From Balanoglossus misakiensis (taxonomy: Eukaryota; Animalia; Hemichordata), in NCBI GenBank assembly GCA_040954595.2, contig CM082596.2, positions 10,560,461 through 10,624,460 of the forward strand: a stretch of DNA of 64,000 nt. Direction: 5' to 3'. Positions 1-15,000 of this stretch are shown one piece after another. Under the pieces are notes generated by a model. It was not told the origin of the DNA. It did no database searches and saw only the letters and a list, made by a program, of their open reading frames with translations. The translations under genes and the position numbers were made by a program. Position 1 is the first letter of the stretch; the number at the start of each line of letters is the position of its first letter.

Positions 1-3000
1 CTGGTCACAATATGTCTATAGACACATCACGTACATGGACATGAATGCAAGAATGGACACAGATCATTAATGAAGTCAATGTGAACAACTTTACTTGAAG
101 TCAGTAAATTGTAAACAGAATACCAGAGTTGTAATAATTTGTATGGTCACAATATGTCTATCGACACATCACGTACACGGACATGACTGAAAGAAGGGAC
201 ACAGATCATTTATGAAGTCAATGTGAACAAATTTACTTGAAGTCATTACATTGTAAACAGAATACCATAGTTGTATTAATTTGTCTGGTCACAATATGTC
301 TATAGACACATCACGTACATGGACATGAATGCAAGAATGGACACAGATCATTAATGAAGTCAATGTGAACAACTTTACTTCATGTTAGTACATTGTAAAC
401 AGAATACCAGAGTTGTAATAATTTGTCTGGTCACAATATGTCTATAGACACATCACGTACATGGACATGAATGCAAGAATGAACACAGATCATTTATGAA
501 GTCAATGTGAACAACTTTACTTGAAGTCAGTAAATTGTAAACAGAATACCAGAGTTGTAATAATTTGTATGGTCACAATATGTCTATCGACACATCACGT
601 ACACGGACATGACTGAAAGAAGGGACACAGATCATTTATGAAGTCAATGTGAACAAATTTACTTGAAGTCATTACATTGTAAACAGAATACCATAGTTGT
701 ATTAATTTGTCTGGTCACAATATGTCTATAGACACATCACATACATGGACATGAATGCAAGAATGGACACAGATCATTTATGAAGTCAATGTGAACAACT
801 TTGCTTGAAGTCAGTAAATTGTAAACAGAATACCAGAGTTGTAATAATTTGTCTGGTCACAATATGTCTATAGACACATCACGTACATGGACATGACTGC
901 AAGAATGGACACAGATCATTTATGAAGTCAATGTGAACAACTTTACTTGAAGTCAGTAAATTGTAAACAGAATACCAGAGTTGTAATAATTTGTATGGTC
1001 ACAATATGTCTATCGACACATCACATACATGGACATGAATGCAAGAATGGACACAGATCATTTATGAAGTCAATGTGAACAATTTTACTTTATGTCAGTA
1101 CATTGTAATCAGAATATCAGAGTTGTAATAATTTGTCTGGTCACAATATGTCTATAGACACATCACGTACATGGACATGAATGCAAGAATGAACACAGAT
1201 CATTTATGAAGTCAATGTGAACAACTTTACTTGAAGTCAGTAAATTGTAAACAGAATACCAGAGTTGTAATAATTTGTATGGTCACAATATGTCTATCGA
1301 CACATCACGTACACGGACATGACTGAAAGAAGGGACACAGATCATTTATGAAGTCAATGTGAACAAATTTACTTGAAGTCATTACATTGTAAACAGAATA
1401 CCATAGTTGTATTAATTTGTCTGGTCACAATATGTCTATAGACACATCACGTACATGGACATGAATGCAAGAATGGACACAGATCATTAATGAAGTCAAT
1501 GTGAACAACTTTACTTCATGTTAGTACATTGTAAACAGAATACCAGAGTTGTAATAATTTGTCTGGTCACAATATGTCTATAGACACATCACGTACATGG
1601 ACATGACTGCAAGAATGAACACAGATCATTTATGAAGTCAATGTGAACAACTTTACTTGAAGTCAGTAAATTGTAAACAGAATACCAGAGTTGTAATAAT
1701 TTGTATGGTCACAATATGTCTATCGACACATCACGTACACGGACATGACTGAAAGAAGGGACACAGATCATTTATGAAGTCAATGTGATCAAATTTACTT
1801 GAAGTCATTACATTGTAAACAGAATACCATAGTTGTATTAATTTGTCTGGTCACAATATGTCTATAGACACATCACATACATGGACATGAATGCAAGAAT
1901 GGACACAGATCATTTATGAAGTCAATGTGAACAACTTTGCTTGAAGTCAGTAAATTGTAAACAGAATACCAGAGTTGTAATAATTTGTCTGGTCACAATA
2001 TGTCTATAGACACATCACGTACATGGACATGACTGCAAGAATGGACACAGATCATTTATGAAGTCAATGTGAACAACTTTAAATGAATTCAGTACATTGT
2101 AAACAGAATACATGAGTTGAAATAGTTTGTCTGATCACAATATGTCTATAGACACATCACGTAAATTGACACAAATGAAAGAATGGTCACAGATCATTTA
2201 TGAAATCAATGTGAACAACTTTACTTGAAGTAAGCACATTGTAAACAGAATACATGAGTTGGAATAGTTTGTCTGATCACAATATGTCTATAGACACATC
2301 ACGTACATGGACATGAATGCAAGAATGGACACAGATCATTTATGAAGTCAATGTGAACAATTTTACTTTATGTCAGTACATTGTAAACAGTATATCAGAG
2401 TTGTAATAATTTGTCTGGTCACAATATGTCTATAGACACATCACGTACATGGACATGAATGCAAGAATGTACACAGATCATTTATGAAGTCAATGTGAAC
2501 AACTTTACTTGAAGTAAGCACATTGTAAACAGAATACATGAGTTGGAATAGTTTGTCTGATCACAATATGTCTATAGACACATCACGTACATGGACATGA
2601 ATGCAAGAATGGACACAGATCATTTATGAAGTCAATGTGAACAATTTTACTTTATGTCAGTACATTGTAAACAGTATATCAGAGTTGTAATAATTTGTCT
2701 GGTCACAATATGTCTATAGACACATCACGTACATGGACATGAATGCAAGAATGTACACAGATCATTTATGAAGTCAATGTGAACAACTTTACTTGAAGTC
2801 AGTAAATTGTAAACAGAATACCAGAGTTGTAATAATTTGTCTGGTCACAATATGTCTATAGACACATCACGTACATGGACATGACTGCAAGAATGGACAC
2901 AGATCATTTATGAAGTCAATGTGAACAACTTTACTTGAAGTCATTACATTGTAAACAGAATACCATAGTTGTATTAATTTGTCTGGTCACAATATGTCTA

Positions 3001-6000
3001 TAGACACATCACGTACATGGACATGAATGCAAGAATGGACACAGATCATTTATGAAGTCAATGTGAACAACTTTACTTGAAGTCAGTAAATTGTAAACAG
3101 AATACCAGAGTTGTAATAATTTGTCTGGTCACAATATGTCTATAGACACATCACGTATATGGACATGACTGCAAGAATGGACACAGATCATTTATGAAGT
3201 CAATGTGAACAACTTTACTTGAATTCAGTACATTGTAAACAGAATACATGAGTTGAAATAGTTTGTCTGGTCACAATATGTCTATAGACACATCACGTAC
3301 ATAGATATGAATGCAGGAATGGACACAGATCATTTATGAAGTCAATGTGAACAACTATACTTCATGTCAGTACATTGTAAACAGAATACCACAGTTGTAA
3401 TAATTTGTCTGATCACAATATGTCTATAGACACATCACGTACATGGACATGAATGCAAGAATGGACACAGATCATTTATGAAGTCAATGTGAACAACTTT
3501 GCTTGAAGTCAGTAAATTGTAAACAGAATACCAGAGTTGTAATAATTTGTCTGGTCACAATATGTCTATAGACACATCACGTACATGGACATGACTGCAA
3601 GAATGGACACAGATCATTTATGAAGTCAATGTGAACAACTTTAAATGAATTCAGTACATTGTAAACAGAATACATGAGTTGAAATAGTTTGTCTGATCAC
3701 AATATGTCTATGGACACATCACGTAAATTGACACAAATGAAAGAATGGTCACAGATCATTTATGAAGTCAATGTGAACAACTTTACTTGAAGTAAGCACA
3801 TTGTAAACAGAATACATGAGTTGGAATAGTTTGTCTGATCACAATATGTCTATAGACACATCACGTACATGGACATGAATGCAAGAATGGACACAGATCA
3901 TTTATGAAGTCAATATGAACAACTTTACTTGAAGTCATTACATTGTAAACAGAATACCATAGTTGTATTAATTTGTCTGGTCACAATATGTCTATAGACA
4001 CATCACGTACATGGACATGAATGCAAGAATGGACACAGATCGTTTATGAAGTCAATGTGAACAACTTTACTTGAAGTCAGTAAATTGTAAACAGAATACC
4101 AGAATTGTAATAATTTGTCTGGTCACAATATGTCTATAGACACATCACGTATATGGACATGACTGCAAGAATGGACACAGATCATTTATGAAGTCAATGT
4201 GAACAACTTTACTTGAATTCAGTACATTGTAAACAGAATACATGAGTTGAAATAGTTTGTCTGGTCACAATATGTCTATAGACACATCACGTACATAGAT
4301 ATGAATGCAGGAATGAACACAGATCATTTATGAAGTCAATGTGAACAACTATACTTCATGTCAGTACATTGTAAACAGAATACCACAGTTGTAATAATTT
4401 GTCTGATAACAATATGTCTATAGACACATCACGTACATGGACATGAATGCAAGAATGGACACAGATCATTTATGAAGTCAATGTGAACAACTTTACTTGA
4501 AGTCAGTAAATTGTAAACAGAATACCAGAGTTGTAATAATTTTTCTGGTCACAATATGTCTATAGACACATCACGTACATGGACATGAATGCAAGAATGG
4601 ACACAGATCATTTATGAAGTCAATGTGAACAATTTTACTTTATATCAGTACATTGTAAACAGAATATCAGAGTTGTAATAATTTGTCTGGTCACAATATG
4701 TCTATAGACACATCACGTACATGGACATGAATGCAAGAATGGACACAGATCATTTATGAAGTCAATGTGAACAACTTTACTTGAAGTCAGTAAATTGTAA
4801 ACAGAATACCAGAGTTGTAATAATTTGTCTGGTCACAATATGTCTATAGACACATCACGTACATGGACATGACTGCAAGAATGGACACAGATCATTTATG
4901 AAGTCAATGTGAACAACTTTACTTGAAGTCATTACATTGTAAACAGAATACCATAGTTGTATTAATTTGTCTGGTCACAATATGTCTATAGACACATCAC
5001 GTACATGGACATGAATGCAAGAATGGACAAAGATCATTTATGAAGTCAATGTGAACAACTTTACTTGAAGTCAGTAAATTGTAAACAGAATACCAGAGTT
5101 GTAATAATTTGTCTGGTCACAATATGTCTATAGTCACATCACGTACATGGACATGACTGCAAGAATGGACACAGATCATTAATGAAGTCAATGTGAACAA
5201 CTTTACTTCATGTTAGTACATTGTAAACAGAATACCAGAGTTGTAATAATTTGTCTGGTCACAATATGTCTATAGACACATCACGTACATGTACATGAAT
5301 GCAAGAATGGACACAGATCATTTATGAAGTCAATGTGAACAACTTTGCTTGAAGTCAGTAAATTGTAAACAGAATACCAGAGTTGTAATAATTTGTCTGG
5401 TCACAATATGTCTATAGACACATCACGCACATGGACATGACTGCAAGAATGGACACAGATCATTTATGAAGTCAATGTGAACAACTTTAAATGAATTCAG
5501 TACATTGTAAACAGAATACATGAGTTGAAATAGTTTGTCTGATCACAATATGTCTATAGACACATCACGTAAATTGACACAAATGAAAGAATGGTCACAG
5601 ATCATTTATGAAGTCAATGTGAACAACTTTACTTGAAGTAAGCACATTGTAAACAGAATACATGAGTTGGAATAGTTTGTCTGATCACAATATGTCAATA
5701 GACACATCACGTACATGGACATGAATGCAAGAATGGACACAGATCATTTATGAAGTCAATGTGAACAATTTTACTTTATGTCAGTACATTGTAAACAGAA
5801 TATCAGAGTTGTAATAATTTGTCTGGTCACAATATGTCTATAGACACATCACGTACATGGACATGAATGCAAGAATGGACACAGATCATTTATGAAGTCA
5901 ATGTGAACAACTTTACTTGAAGTCAGTAAATTGTAAACAGAATACCAGAGTTGTAATAATTTGTCTGGTCACAATATGTCTATAGACACATCACGTACAT

Positions 6001-9000
6001 GGACATGACTGCAAGAATGGACACAGATCATTTATGAAGTCAATGTGAACAACTTTACTTGAAGTCATTACATTGTAAACAGAATACCATAGTTGTATTA
6101 ATTTGTCTGGTCACAATATGTCTATAGACACATCACGTACATGGACATGAATGCAAGAATGGACACAGATCTTTTATGAAGTCAATGTGAACAACTTTAC
6201 TTGAAGTCAGTAAATTGTAAACAGAATACCAGAGTTGTAATAATTTGTCTGGTCACAATATGTCTATAGTCACATCACGTACATGGACATGACTGCAAGA
6301 ATGGACACAGATCATTAATGAAGTCAATGTGAACAACTTTACTTCATGTTAGTACATTGTAAACAGAATACCAGAGTTGTAATAATTTGTCTGGTCACAA
6401 TATGTCTATAGACACATCACGTACATGGACATGAATGCAAGAATGGACACCGATCATTTATGAAGTCAATGTGAACAACTTTACTTGAAGTCAGTAAATT
6501 GTAAACAGAATACCAGAGTTGTATTAATTTGTCTGGTCACAATATGTCTATAGACACATCACATACATGGACATGAATGCAAGAATGGACACAGATCATT
6601 TATGAAGTTAATGTGAACAACTTTGCTTGAAGTCAGTAAATTGTAAACAGAATACCAGAGTTGTAATAATTTGTCTGGTCACAATATGTCTATAGACACA
6701 TCACGTACATGGACATGACTGCAAGAATGGACACAGATCATTTATGAAGTCAATGTGAACAACTTTAAATGAATTCAGTACATTGTAAACAGAATACATG
6801 AGTTGAAATAGTTTGTCTGATCACAATATGTCTATAGACACATCACGTAAATTGACACAAATGAAAGAATGGTCACAGATCATTTATGAAGTCAATGTGA
6901 ACAATTTTACTTTATGTCAGTACATTGTAAACAGAATATCAGAGTTGTAATAATTTGTCTGGTCACAATATGTCTATAGACACATCACGTACATGGACAC
7001 GAATGCAAGAATGGACACAGATCATTTATGAAGTCAATGTGAACAACTTTACTTGAAGTCATTACATTGTAAACAGAATACCATAGTTGTATTAATTTGT
7101 CTGGTCACAATATGTCTATAGACACATCACGTACATGGACATGAATGCAAGAATGGACACAGATCATTTATGAAGTCAATGTGAACAACTTTACTTGAAG
7201 TCAGTAAATTGTAAACAGAATACCAGAGTTGTAATAATTTGTCTGGTCACAATATGTCTATAGACACATCACGTATATGGACATGACTGCAAGAATGGAC
7301 ACAGATCATTTATGAAGTCAATGTGAACAACTTTACTTGAATTCAGTACATTGTAAACAGAATACATGAGTTGAAATAGTTTGTCTGGTCACAATATGTC
7401 TATAGACACATCACATACATAGATATGAATGCAGGAATGGACACAGATCATTTATGAAGTCAATGTGAACAACTATACTTCATGTCAGTACATTGTAAAC
7501 AGAATACCACAGTTGTAATAATTTGTCTGATCACAATATGTCTATAGACACATCACGTACATGGACATGAATGCAAGAATGGACACAGATCATTTATGAA
7601 GTCAATGTGAACAACTTTACTTGAAGTCAGTAAATTGTAAACAGAATACCAGAGTTGTAATAATTTGTCTGGTCACAATATGTCTATAGACACATCACGT
7701 ACATGGACATGACTGCAAGAATGGACACAGATCATTTATGAAGTCAATGTGAACAACCTTACTTGAAGTCATTACATTGTAAACAGAATACCATAGTTGT
7801 ATTAATTTGTCTGGTCACAATATGTCTATAGACACATCACGTACATGGACATGAATGCAAGAATGGACACAGATCATTTATGAAGTCAATGTGAACAACT
7901 TTACTTGAAGTCAGTAAATTGTAAACAGAATACCAGAGTTGTAATAATTTGTCTGGTCACAATATGTCTATAGTCACATCACGTACATGGACATGACTGC
8001 AAGAATGGACACAGATCATTAATGAAGTCAATGTGAACAACTTTACTTCATGTTAGTACATTGTAAACAGAATACCAGAGTTGTAATAATTGGTCTGGTC
8101 ACAATATGTCTATAGACACATCACGTACATGGACATGAATGCAAGAATGGACACAGATCATTTATGAAGTCAATGTGAACAACTTTATTTGAAGTCAGTA
8201 AATTGTAAACAGAATACCAGAGTTGTAATAATTTTTCTGGTCACAATATGCCTATAGACACATCACGTACATGGACATGACTGCAAGAATGGACACAGAT
8301 CATTTATGAAGTCAATGTGAACAACTTTAAATGAATTCAGTACATTGTAAACAGAATACATGAGTTGAAATAGTTTGTCTGATCACAATATGTCTATAGA
8401 CACATCACGTAAATTGAAGCAAATGAAAGAATGGTCACAGATCATTTATGAAGTCAATGTGAACAATTTTACTTTATGTCAGTACATTGTAAACAGAATA
8501 TCAGAGTTGTAATAATTTGTCTGGTCACAATATGTCTATAGACACATCACGTACATGGACATGAATGCAAGAATGGACACAGATCATTTATGAAGTCAAT
8601 GTGAACAACTTTACTTGAAGTCAGTAAATTGTAAACAGAATACCAGAGTTGTAATAATTTGTCTGGTCACAATATGTCTATAGACACATCACGTACATGG
8701 ACATGACTGCAAGAATGGACACAGATCATTTATGAAGTCAATGTGAACAACTTTACTTGAAGTCATTACATTGTAAACAGAATACCATAGTTGTATTAAT
8801 TTGTCTGGTCACAATATGTCTATAGACACATCACGTACATGGACATGAATGCAAGAATGGACACAGATCATTTATGAAGTCAATGTGAACAACTTTACTT
8901 GAAGTCAGTAAATTGTAAACAGAATACCAGAGTTGTAATAATTTGTCTGGTCACAATATGTCTATAGACACATCACATATATGGACATGACTGCAAGAAT

Positions 9001-12000
9001 GGACACAGATCATTTATGAAGTCAATGTGAACAACTTTACTTGAATTCAGTACATTGTAAACAGAATACATGAGTTGAAATAGTTTGTCTGGTCACAATA
9101 TGTCTATAGACACATCACATACATAGATATGAATGCAGGAATGGACACAGATCATTTATGAAGTCAATGTGAACAACTTTACTTGAAGTCATTACATTGT
9201 AAACAGAATACCATAGTTGTATTAATTTGTCTGGTCACAATATGTCTATAGACACATCACGTACATGGACATGAATGCAAGAATGGACACAGATCATTTA
9301 TGAAGTCAATGTGAACAACTTTACTTGAAGTCAGTAAATTGTAAACAGAATACCAGAGTTGTAATAATTTGTCTGGTCACAATATGTCTATAGTCACATC
9401 ACGTACATGGACATGACTGCAAGAATGGACACAGATCATTAATGAAGTCAATGTGAACACATTTACTTCATGTTAGTACATTGTAAACAGAATACCAGAG
9501 TTGTAATAATTTGTCTGGTCACAATATGTCTATAGACACATCACGTACATGGACATGAATGCAAGAATGGACACAGATCATTTATGAAGTCAATGTGAAC
9601 AACTTTACTTGAAGTCAGTAAATTGTAAACAGAATACCAGAGTTGTAATAATTTTTCTGGTCACAATATGTCTATAGACACATCACGTACATGGACATGA
9701 CTGCAAGAATGGACACAGATCATTTATGAAGTCAATGTGAACAACTTTAAATGAATTCAGTACATTGTAAACAGAATACATGAGTTGAAATAGTTTGTCT
9801 GATCACAATATGTCTATAGACACATCACGTAAATTGACGCAAATGAAAGAATGGTCACAGATCATTTATGAAGTCAATGTGAACAATTTTACTTTATGTC
9901 AGTACATTGTAAACAGAATATCAGAGTTGTAATAATTTGTCTGGTCACAATATGTCTATAGACACATCACGTACATGGACATGAATGCAAGAATGGACAT
10001 GGATCATTTATGAAGTCAATGTGAACAACTTTACTTGAAGTCAGTAAATTGTAAACAGAATACCAGAGTTATAATAATTTGTCTGGTCACAATATGTCTA
10101 TAGACACATCACGTACATGGACATGACTGCAAGAATGGACACAGATCATTTATGAAGTCAATGTGAACAACTTTACTTGAAGTCATTACATTGTAAACAG
10201 AATACCATAGTTGTATTAATTTGTCTGGTCACAATATGTCTATAGACACATCACGTACATGGACATGAATGCAAGAATGGACACAGATCATTTATGAAGT
10301 CAATGTGAACAACTTTACTTGAAGTCAGTAAATTGTAAACAGAATACCAGAGTTGTAATAATTTGTCTGGTCACAATATGTCTATAGACACATCACGTAT
10401 ATGGACATGACTGCAAGAATGGACACAGATCATTTATGAAGTCAATGTGAACAACTTTACTTGAATTCAGTACATTGTAAACAGAATACATGAGTTGAAA
10501 TAGTTTGTCTGGTCACAATATGTCTATAGACACATCACATACATAGATATGAATGCAGGAATGGACACAGATCATTTATGAAGTCAATGTGAACAACTTT
10601 ACTTGAAGTCATTACATTGTAAACAGAATACCATAGTTGTATTAATTTGTCTGGTCACAATATGTCTATAGACACATCACGTACATGGACATGAATGTAA
10701 GAATGGACACAGATCATTTATGAAGTCAATGTGAACAACTTTACTTGAAGTCAGCACATTGTAAACAGAATACCACAGTTGTAATAATTTGTCTGGTCAC
10801 AATATGTCTATAGACACATCACGTGCATGGACATGACTGCAAGCATGGACACAGATCATTTATGAAGAAAATGTGGACAACTTTACTTCATGTCAGTACA
10901 TTGTAAACAGAATACCGGAGTTATAATAATTTGTCTGGTCACAATATGTCTATAGACACATCACATACATGGACATGAATGTAAGAATGGACACAAATCA
11001 TTTATGAAGTCAATGTGAACAACTTTACTTCATGTTAGTACATTGTAAACAGAATACCAGAGTTGTAATAATTTGTCTGGTCACAATATGTCTATAGACA
11101 CATAACGTACATGGACACGAATGCAAGAATGGACACAGATCATTTATGAAGTCAATGTGGACAACTTTACTTGAAGTCAGTAAATTGTACACAGAATACC
11201 AGAGTTGTAATAATTTGTCTGGTCACAATATGTCTATAGACACATCACGTACATGGACATGACTGCAAGCATGGACAAGATCATTTATGAAGAAAATGTG
11301 AACAACTTTACTTCATGTCAGTACATTGTAAACAGAATACCAGAGTTGTAATAATTTGTCTGGTCACAATATGTCTATAGACACATCACGTACATGGACA
11401 TGACTGCAAGCATGGACACAGATCATTTATGAAGAAAATGTGAACAACTTTACTTCATGTCAGTACATTGTAAACAGAATACCGGAGTTATAATAATTTG
11501 TCTGGTCACAATATGTCTATAGACACATCACGTACATGGACATGAATGCAAGAATGGACACAGAACATTTATGAAGTCAATGTGACCAACGTTACTTGAA
11601 GTCAGTAAATTGTAAACAGAATACCAGAGTTGTAATAATTTGTCTGGTCACAATATGTCTATAGACACATCACGTACATGGACATGAATGTAAGAATGGA
11701 CACAGATCATTTATGAAGTCAAAGTGAACAACTTTACTTGAAGTCAGTAAATTGTAAACAGAATACCAGAGTTGTAATAATTTGTCTGGTCACAATATGT
11801 CTATAGACACATCACATACATGGACATGAATGTAAGAATGGACACAAATCATTTATGAAGTCAATGTGAACAACTTTACTTCATGTTAGTACATTGTAAA
11901 CAGAATACCAGAGTTGTAATAATTTGTCTGGTCACAATATGTCTATAGACACATAACGTACATGGACACGAATGCAAGAATGGACACAGATCATTTATGA

Positions 12001-15000
12001 AGTCAATGTGGACAACTTTACTTGAAGTCAGTAAATTGTACACAGAATACCAGAGTTGTAATAATTTGTCTGGTCACAATATGTCTATAGACACATCACG
12101 TACATGGACATGACTGCAAGCATGGACAAGATCATTTATGAAGAAAATGTGAACAACTTTACTTCATGTCAGTACATTGTAAACAGAATACCAGAGTTGT
12201 AATAATTTGTCTGGTCACAATATGTCTATAGACACATCACGTACATGGACATGAATGCAAGAATGGACACAGAACATTTATGAAGTCAATGTGAACAACT
12301 TTACTTGAAGTCAGTACATTGTAAACAGAATACCACAGTTGTAATAATTTGTCTGGTCACAATATGTCTATAGACACATCACGTACATGGACATGAATGC
12401 AAGAATGGACACAGATCATTTATGAAGTCAATGTGAACAATTTTACTTCATGTCAGTACATTGTAAACAGAATATCAGAGTTGTAATAATTTGTCTGGTC
12501 ACAATATGTCTATAGACACATCACGTACATGGACATGAATGCAAGAATGGACACAGATCATTTATGAAGTCAATGTGAACAACTTTACTTGAAGTCAGTA
12601 CATTGTAAACAGAATACCACAGTTGTAATAATTTGTCTGGTCACAATATGTCTATAGACACATCACGTACATGGACATGAATGCAAGAATGGACACAGAT
12701 CATTTATGAAGTCAATGTGAACAACTTTACTTGAAGTCAGTAAATTGTAAACAGAATACCAGAGTTGTAATAATTTGTCTGGTCACAATATGTCTATAGA
12801 CACATCACGTACATGGACATGAATGCAAGAATGGACACAGATCATTTATGAAGTCAATGTGAACAACTTTACTTGAAGTCAGTACATTGTAAACAGAATA
12901 CCACAGTTGTAATAATTTGTCAGGTCACAATATGTCTATAGACACATCACGTACATAGATATGAATGCAAGAATGGACACAGATCATTTATGAAGTCAAT
13001 GTGAACAACTATACTTCATGTCAGTACATTGTAAACAGAATACCACAGTTGTAATAATTTGTCTGATCACAATATGTCTATAGACACATCACGTACATGG
13101 ACATGAATGCAAGAATGGACACAGATCATTTATTAAGTCAATGTGAACAACTTTACTTGAAGTCAGTAAATTGTAAACAGAATACCAGAGTTGTAATAAT
13201 TTGTCTGGTCACAATATGTCTATAGACACATCACGTACATGGACATGACTGCAAGAATGGACACAGTTCATTTATGAAGTCAATGTGAACAACTTTACTT
13301 GAATTCAGTACATTGTAAACAGAATACATGAGTTGAAATAGTTTGTCTGGTCACAATATGTCTATAGATACATCACGTACATGGACATGACTGCAAGCAT
13401 GGACACAGATCATTTATGAAGAAAATGTGAACAACTTTACTTCATGTCAGTACATTGTAAACAGAATACCGGAGTTGTAATAATTTGTCTGGTCACAATA
13501 TGTCTATAGACACATCACGTACATGGACATGAATGCAAGAATGGACACAGAACATTTATGAAGTCAATGTGAACAACTTTACTTGAAGTCAGTAAATTGT
13601 AAACAGAATGCCAGAGTTGTAATAATTTGTCTGGTCACAATATGTCTATAGACACATCACGTACATGGACACGAATGCAAGAATGGACACAGATCATTTA
13701 TGAAGTCAATGTGGACAACTTTACTTGAAGTCAGTAAATTGTACACAGAATACCAGAGTTGTAATAATTTGTCTGGTCACAATATGTCTATAGACACATC
13801 ACGTACATGGACATGACTGCAAGCATGGACAAGATCATTTATGAAGAAAATGTGAACAACTTTACTTCATGTCAGTACATTGTAAACAGAATACCAGAGT
13901 TGTAATAATTTGTCTGGTCACAATATGTCTATAGACACATCACGTACATGGACATGAATGCAAGAATGGACACAGAACATTTATGAAGTCAATGTGAACA
14001 ACTTTACTTGAAGTCAGTACATTGTAAACAGAATACCACAGTTGTAATAATTTGTCTGGTCACAATATGTCTATAGACACATCACGTACATGGACATGAA
14101 TGCAAGAATGGACACAGATCATTTATGAAGTCAATGTGAACAATTTTACTTCATGTCAGTACATTGTAAACAGAATATCAGAGTTGTAATAATTTGTCTG
14201 GTCACAATATGTCTATAGACACATCACGTACATGGACATGAATGCAAGAATGGACACAGATCATTTATGAAGTCAATGTGAACAACTTTACTTGAAGTCA
14301 GTACATTGTAAACAGAATACCACAGTTGTAATAATTTGTCTGGTCACAATATGTCTATAGACACATCACGTACATGGACATGAATGCAAGAATGGACACA
14401 GATCATTTATGAAGTCAATGTGAACAACTTTACTTGAAGTCAGTAAATTGTAAACAGAATACCAGAGTTGTAATAATTTGTCTGGTCACAATATGTCTAT
14501 AGACACATCACGTACATGGACATGAATGCAAGAATGGACACAGATCATTTATGAAGTCAATGTGAACAACTTTACTTGAAGTCAGTACATTGTAAACAGA
14601 ATACCACAGTTGTAATAATTTGTCAGGTCACAATATGTCTATAGACACATCACGTACATAGATATGAATGCAAGAATGGACACAGATCATTTATGAAGTC
14701 AATGTGAACAACTATACTTCATGTCAGTACATTGTAAACAGAATACCACAGTTGTAATAATTTGTCTGATCACAATATGTCTATAGACACATCACGTACA
14801 TGGACATGAATGCAAGAATGGACACAGATCATTTATTAAGTCAATGTGAACAACTTTACTTGAAGTCAGTAAATTGTAAACAGAATACCAGAGTTGTAAT
14901 AATTTGTCTGGTCACAATATGTCTATAGACACATCACGTACATGGACATGACTGCAAGAATGGACACAGTTCATTTATGAAGTCAATGTGAACAACTTTA

